From: Chrysomallon squamiferum
Lineage: Eukaryota; Animalia; Mollusca
Assembly: GCA_012295275.1 (NCBI GenBank)
Contig: CM022674.1
Location: 17,484,001-17,548,000, forward strand
Reading direction: 5' to 3'
Length of the DNA stretch: 64,000 nucleotides
The notes under the pieces were generated by a model. The model did no database searches, had not been told where the DNA came from, and was given only the letters and a program-made list of their open reading frames with translations. The translations under genes were made by a program, and so were the position numbers. Below, piece after piece: positions 44,670-64,000 of this stretch (positions are counted from its first letter, which is position 1; each line of letters starts with the position of its first letter).

Positions 44670-46909
44670 ATATATATATATATAAACACAAACACACGCA
44701 TCCATATGCATGTATACCTACTTACAATACATACATACATAGTTATATGTATTATTTTTAATCACCGTTACAAACATCCTAAGGGATTAAGAAAAACATC
44801 TTTGTTTTGTTTTCAAAGATAAAACGTTATTTAAAATATTAGCCAAAGTCGTCAAGTTACAATCCATCCAATCTAACAACAGACATATGATTAATAAAAA
44901 TACCTAACTGCATTAATACATAATGATATGAGCCGCCTCCAATTAATGGGTATGCGCCGATTAAGGACCGCTGTAGACAAAAGATGTCTTATCCTGAGTA
45001 AATTGTCCAGACTTCTGCGACGGACACGCCCGCTGACCTGTCAGAAAGCGAGCCCGTCGCAGACGTGCTTCACAACAGCTTGCTCTGATTAGCACGTTAA
45101 TTTTTTCCATTTCCAGTGTCCAGTTACAACGCACTTGGCTGTCCAGCACTAAACACTTCGGAACTCGGCTCATCTCACTTTCATTTTTATATTTAGACTG
45201 GACCCCATTGCTCCAAGACTGCATTCCCCAAAGTACTTATATAGCAAAATATCCACGGTTAAAATCACCAAAGACAAAAATAAACACGGTTATAATATTC
45301 ATGTATTTTTGCATAAACCAGATTTTGTGTTTATAATCAACCTTTTATATGTGTGTGTGTGTTTGTATTTATCATTATTAGTTGTATTAGCAGTAGTAGT
45401 AGTAGTAGTTGTAGTAGTAGTAGTCGTAGTCGTAGTCGTAGTATTATTATTATTAGTAGTAATTTTATTATTATTTGATTGTTTCTTTTATTTATATTTA
45501 TTTATAATCATGTTGACGCATATATATATTGATATAAATAAATTAATAAATAAATAAAACAGGCAAAAATTGAAATAAATAATTCAACAAATAATCAAAT
45601 GACCACACAAACAAACAAACTGAAATAAAGAATGAAAATGTTTTCCTTTTATTACAGAGATAACACGAATTATTTTCAAATCTACAGTCAACACTGGTAG
45701 AAGTTTCAGGAATTTTTCCTCCACAAAATACATTTTTATATCAGCAGTGAGGATCATTTTACAAACTATTTTATACAGAACAACACATACTATAATTTTT
45801 ATATAAAGTCAGCACTAACAAACACGAATGTGATAAAGACAAACTCGATAAAGCTGGGATCGATCCTTATAATCTACCGGTATCAGGAGAACGTTTCAAA
45901 TACCAGTAATAGTTCTCGTTTTTATATTATCATAAATTTATCTTTATCCAGAACACGAGCTAAAATAAAATAATTCAGCAACATTTGCTTACATAAATTT
46001 AAATTTAACAACTCTTTCCAAAGAAAACAATTATAAAACTAAATTTAACAAGTTTTATAAATTTACATTTAGCAATTGTTGCAAAATTATATGAAATAAA
46101 TGCTAAAACAAATAAACAATTCAGATATTTTCTTTCTGGTTTATTTATTTATTTATTTTTTAAATGGCATTGTTTTCAGTATTTTGATTAAACAAAACAT
46201 TCCTGTAAATTGGAATAGTGTTTCGTTTTTTATTTTTATTTCATTTCTCAAGTTAATAATTTAGGCTAGCACTATTGTCTCGTTTCAACTAATAAAACTG
46301 TTTTAATTAAAAAAAGACGACTGTAGAGTTTTCATTACAGTTTTATTTCAAAACAGAAGTTGTTGGAATTTTCATCACAGATTTAATTCAAATCCGAAGA
46401 CACTGGAATTTTCTTTACAGTTTCACTTCAAAACAGAAGATAATCGAATTTTCGTCACAGTTTTAGTTAGAAGGTGAAGATGAATGAATTTCCACTATAA
46501 TTTTAGTTCAGAAAAGCAAATGGTGGAATTTTTAGTACAGTTTGAATTCAAAACAGAAATAGGTCGTAACAGTTTTGTCATAACAGTTTTCGTTCAAAAT
46601 TGAAGGTGGTCGAATTTTCTTTAGAGATTTAGTCCAAAACAGGAGATTGTGAAATTTTCATTACATTTTTAGTTCAAAACAGAAGACGGTCATTTTTGTA
46701 ATTACAGATATAACTTTAGTCAGAAGACAGACAAATGTTCCCAAAACTATTTGTTCAAAACAGAAGATGGTGGAATTTGTATTACCGTTTCAATTTATAA
46801 CAGAAGATGTTCAAATTCTCAATCCTGTTTTAGTTCAAAACCGATGATGGTCGAATTGTCATTACAGTTTCAATTTATAACAGAAGATGTTCAAATTCTC
46901 AATCCTGAT

Positions 46910-49365
<2,456 letters not shown>

Positions 49366-49564
49366 TATCTTTATTTTACAAACGATATCAGTGATGAAAT
49401 TTAGGTATCTCAGTTCAGAACTAAATTAATCCAGTTAGATAAAGAACTTTTAATCGTTATTTGATAGCGCGAAATAAACTATTAACTACTTCTATTAATG
49501 TTCCGAAGACACTGTAACTAGTAGTCTACCAAACTGATCTCTTCAAATTATACTGAAGGTTTGA

Positions 49565-50215
49565 AACAAGCTTCTGTTTTCAGTCCGGAGCAGAAATATT
49601 TCATCCTTTATTAATGAAAACCACGTCTCACTTGGATGGTTAAATTAATAAGATACTAATGGTAGATAGTTTTTTTTAATAATTACTATCGATTCTCTAA
49701 CTTTAGCAGAAACATATAGAAGCCAAAGATAAAGGTAAATACTTATTCATATAATAGTCATTAGGGAAATGATCACATGAAATATGTTTCATTCATCTTT
49801 CAGAAATTAATATTTACGCTTGCTGAACAAGCAGAATATCTTCCATTTTCTCTTTCCTTCCTTTCTCTCTCTCTCTAGAAAGAAATTCTAAATTTTATTT
49901 AAACTGAACTTTTCCATTGTATTGCCCGTTCGGCACAAGCTACTGCTTTCTGTTCAAAACAGAAATATTTCATCCTGTATTAAATAAAACAATGTCGTAC
50001 TTGATTGATTAACTTAATAATACAGTAACGGTGGATATATCTTTTTTTAAATTCTATTGATTCTGTCAATTCAGCTGAATCATTTAGAAGTGAATCAGAA
50101 TGGAAATCACATTTATACTTATTCATGTAATAGTCATCAGGGAAATGATCATTTGAAATATGCTTTAGTCATCTATAAAATATTTATATTTAGTCTTGCT
50201 GAACTAGTGGAATAT
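49565..50215. repeat. Diverged ~280 bp direct duplication upstream of the FReD gene
   Basis: 49565-49839 vs 49934-50215 share cagaaatatttcatcct, atacttattcat.taatagtcat.agggaaatgatca and cttgctgaac in collinear order. Confidence 0.8.
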
Positions 50216-50626
50216 TTGATACTTTCACTTTATTGTTCCTTTTGTTTTATTGGTATCCTTTGTCTTTTTATTTTTTGTAGTTATTAATATGCACGTCCAT
50301 ACTTACAAACTTATTGTTTTTAATCACCGTTACAAACATCCTAAGGGATTAAGTCAAAAACAAATTGTTAAGAATAAATTAATGCAAACAATCAAATAGA
50401 ACTTACCGAACTGTATACAAATAAATAATTTACATTTCGTCACCTGTTTTATTATTTTTCCAAATATACTAGCATTAAACTGATCGATCAATGTACGATC
50501 ATCTACAAAACAGAATCACGTGGGATCAAATGAAGCGACTTTCCCAGCTTTGTTCAGTCTTCAAAGAGATCTCGTTATTTTAAATATTCATGTGTTTTTA
50601 CATCAAGTAGTTATTGTGTTTGGTCG

Positions 50627-50826
50627 NNNNNNNNNNNNNNNNNNNNNNNNNNNNNNNNNNNNNNNNNNNNNNNNNNNNNNNNNNNNNNNNNNNNNNNNNN
50701 NNNNNNNNNNNNNNNNNNNNNNNNNNNNNNNNNNNNNNNNNNNNNNNNNNNNNNNNNNNNNNNNNNNNNNNNNNNNNNNNNNNNNNNNNNNNNNNNNNNN
50801 NNNNNNNNNNNNNNNNNNNNNNNNNN
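50627..50826. other. Assembly gap (200 N)
   Basis: Run of N; probably hides exons 1-2 of the right receptor-kinase copy. Confidence 1.
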
Positions 50827-50990
50827 CTCTCTTCATCTGTTTATACCTTTCTTTCTTTCTCCCTTTCACTGTCTGTCTTTCACTTACTCACATTTTTGCT
50901 CTCTGTTTCTATAATTATTAATTAATATTTAACTGTCTCATCAAACAAAATGTTTCATCTCTTTTTTTTTTTTTTATTTTTTTTTTTCAG

Positions 50991-60473
<9,483 letters not shown>

Positions 60474-63400
60474 AGACAAACAAGGAATTAACTTTAATGG
60501 TTAGGCCAAGCTGAATTTCTTGTTCGACATTTTAACAACATGGAACTGATTGTAAACACTTTGGACGAAATTGCTGATTAAAAAACTACAGGTTTAAAAT
60601 TGTTAGCTTAACTTACATGGTTGTATTTTGTTTTCTTACTGTTTTGAAATGATTTTTATAAAAGTTGTGAATCAGAACATTTGTTTTTCTTCTTTTATTA
60701 CAGAAACAATAATACCCTTTTTTTTTTAATTATTTTATTCTACATTAATTTGCTGAGTGCATTTAACTATTTCTTGAGAAAAGTAGTCTAAAAGCTTTTA
60801 TTAAATTTATTTTTGGTGATACGAAGAAATAGTCTGCATATTTCCAAATTCTATTTCATTTATTTTATATTTTTTGCTGTCTAATCTTAATTAATAATTA
60901 AGTATAACAACATAACACAGGGTGTTATAATTGGTTTGAAATACATATTCATTTCTAACAATATTTCATATTATTTTATTGTCATACTTTGTTAGATGCA
61001 GTGATAGACGAACCAAAACAATAAATTATAACATATAAATATACAGAATGTATGTTTCAGTGTATTCATGTATGAATATATATACTTTATGTCTGTTTTT
61101 ATGTGCAAACTAATATATTTTTTGACTGTTTATTTGTAATTATATGTATCAAATGTTTTGCACCAGCTGGTAAAATCTTTATATAAATTCCTTTGCTCAG
61201 ATGTATATTTAATTAGATATGATTTGTTTAATATTGTCATTATACAATTAATTATGATCACTGTATTATGCATTTGTACACAATAATTATTAACATGTAT
61301 ATTATAATACTATTACTTTATCAGTGGCTGTGTTATAATATCTGTATGTATTTATACCATTTTAAACAAACAACCTAAAAACCACAATTATTCTTAAAAT
61401 AAAAGTTTTCTGTCACACGCAAGATTTATATTACCAAAGATGTTTATAATTACGTGTGATAATTTTGAGTGTACTGGAAATAAGATTATTTTGCTGTCAT
61501 TTGTTGCAATGTTCATTGAAAGAAATCAGTGTAATCAGTGAATGGAGTTACATTGTAAATGTTCTTTAGAAAATTACATCATGTGAATCCACATTTTGTG
61601 TACAGGGTCTGTGTGTGTATTTGTGTGAATGTGTGTGTGTGCTTTGATGTGTCTATACATATATATATATATATATATGTTGTTTTTATGTATGTGTGTG
61701 TGTCAGTATATGTGTGTATATGTATTCTTTAGTGCCTATATATATATATATATATATGTTTGTAAGTATACATGTGTGCCAATACTTGTGCATATCTATG
61801 TGTGTTTGCCTTCACAAATACCTTGTATCCATGATTCCAGATACCTATCAATATAATATATTCCAAAAAAAACCCCACCATATATATATATATAATTTAT
61901 TTTTGAAGAATAACTTTACATCTGTTATTAAATATGTTTTTGAATATGTTAACACAACTCTTTCTCATTTCTTTATGTTTACAATATGTATACAAAATCC
62001 CACTTAAATTATTTTAATGACTTGTATTGTGTTCATCTTTTCTGTATATGCTCATAAACACACACACATACCAGTATACAGACTACAAACATACAAACAT
62101 ACATACATACATACATACATACATGCACTAACATACTGCTGTTACTAAAATGTTCTGAAATGAAGAAAGTTGTAATACATTTTTATTTGTCTTTTTTTCA
62201 GTTAACATTTGATCATTCATAATTTGTTATATTTTACATTTGAATATTCAGAAAAAACAAACAAATACGTAATAAATATTTTGCTTTTCCGCATTCCTAA
62301 TTGTTACAAAAGTTACTTTAATTTGTATATTCATAATATATTAGCATAATACTTTAATTTGCACATTCATAATATTTTAGTGTAACAATTGCTTTTATTT
62401 CCCTATTCACGACAGATTACTGTTACAATATTTTTACATTAGCAGATTCAAAACACATTATTAAACCACGAAAGGGGAAATAACTGAACTGTGATAAAAC
62501 TAGATGAAATCCAGGCTTTGTGTTTAGCCATAAAACAGTCATTGTGAGTGTTCAGCTTATTCCTAATTTGTTATGATAATTATTATTTTACATTTTCGTA
62601 CTGAAAATAATTATGATTTAACAATTATTTTACATACATGCATTTTAAATTAAATGTATTTGTTAAAGGTAATAATTCAATTTGTTATTATAATTAGTAT
62701 TTCATATTTGCTTATTAATAATCATTATGTTTAATGATTATTAATTTTCATTTAAATGTTTGCAATTAATTATCAGTGAAATTAACTTCTACACTTACTC
62801 GAATAGGGTGCCCAGTACAGGCATGATTGAACATTGAGAATGCTAATCATTCCAAACTGTTTGCTTATAATCCTTAGAATAATTTGTAAAATATCTTCGA
62901 TTTGTTTGTTAACCATGTTTTAAATAAATCTGTTGTAAATCAGTTAATAATCATGATTTTTTTGAATAAAAAATCTTTTAAACTTTTGAATCAAGTGTTA
63001 CTTGTGTTTATTAATAACTAATGGAAAGAAAGTGAAACTAGTGGAAAATAAAAATATTTATTCACAATATTTGTGAGTTTATTTCAAACCAGAGTGAATA
63101 TATAAGTTTTTCTGTGAATTCAGTGTAAAACATACAACAGTTATATATATGTGTTTGTTTCTCTCTCTCTCTCTATATATATATGCAATATACACACATA
63201 TGTACATAGATATACACGCAGACACACACGGACAATGTATGTATGTATGCATATCTATAGATATATCACTTAAGTATACATATTCAAATCACTCTCATCC
63301 AAACACATGTATTCTTCTACCTCTGTACATTCTATGGTTGACTTAATTTCAAAACTTAATCATAGCCCATATTTCTTTTTTTATTTGACTCACAACATAA

Positions 63401-64000
63401 CTATGTATACAGGTATAACACTGTCTTTCATTTATTGTGTGGCCCAGCTATAAAAATAGTACACAGGCATTCATGCTGAAGGTGTAAACACTTCCTGGTA
63501 CATCAAGTTTAATACTTCACTACAGAACATTTAACCTGGTACTGATTTCCAATTTCCATGATTCTTTACTACGTGGATTGCTTTCGTAATACAGTTGTTA
63601 GCAAGTCGTTAACGTAATAAGTGTAAACAATAGAAAATATGAAGACCTACATTGCATGGCAGATCTTTTTATCGTGTGCAGTGTTAGCTTATGTTTTCCA
63701 TGGTAAGTGTTTATGTTATTTACACAGTATATAAGTTAGCTTTGTTTCTACGGTTTTGTTCAAACGTAAATATACGTCGTTTACACTGTAGTTGGATATA
63801 TAAAAATATAACGTTGTTATTATTGTCATATCTTAACATAAATATAACTTTTTTATTTTTCCAATTGCTTATCGTAGAATATAACTTGTTAATTTTTTCA
63901 ATAAATATCTTTAGAATATCTTTAATAGTTTTAATGTTCATGCAAAATTGATCAATATTTGTTTTATTTTTTGCCCTTTCCAGCTAATAATGCTTGTCCC

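Noticed and set aside
45030-45050. Hammerhead ribozyme (CUGA...GAAA)
   Set aside because: The core needs CUGANGA and a third stem with a cleavage triplet; the sequence here is CUGACCU
50508-50523. 16-nt inverted similarity to the FReD exon 1 end (AAACAGAATCAC.TGG)
   Set aside because: Too short, with no flanking homology; likely chance

Overview
AT-rich, intron- and microsatellite-rich animal genomic DNA (invertebrate; a mollusc-like genome is my inference). From left to right: (1) a decayed hAT/ZNF862-like transposase tail; (2) a ~17.7 kb tandem array of ~6.8 units of ~2.5-2.6 kb, each with a promoter-like segment and a possible mini first exon; (3) two inverted copies of a multi-exon single-pass receptor kinase gene (signal peptide + mannose-6-phosphate-receptor-homology (MRH/ATG27)-like ectodomain + TM + TKL/TK-like kinase with a Cys-rich activation loop). 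The left copy (minus strand, 22189-41449) has lost its kinase core through deletions and hosts a Gypsy LTR retrotransposon. The right copy (plus strand, 50991-60473, 5' end in an N gap) has all kinase motifs but a 1-bp frameshift upstream of them. (4) Between the copies lie a KRBA2/SCAND3-like transposon relic, a GC-rich hairpin and an intact 5-exon PAN/apple + fibrinogen-domain gene. That gene's first intron holds a ladder of in-frame alternative splice acceptors, and its last codons are amplified into a 40-bp minisatellite. All gene models were read by eye; no database searches were run.
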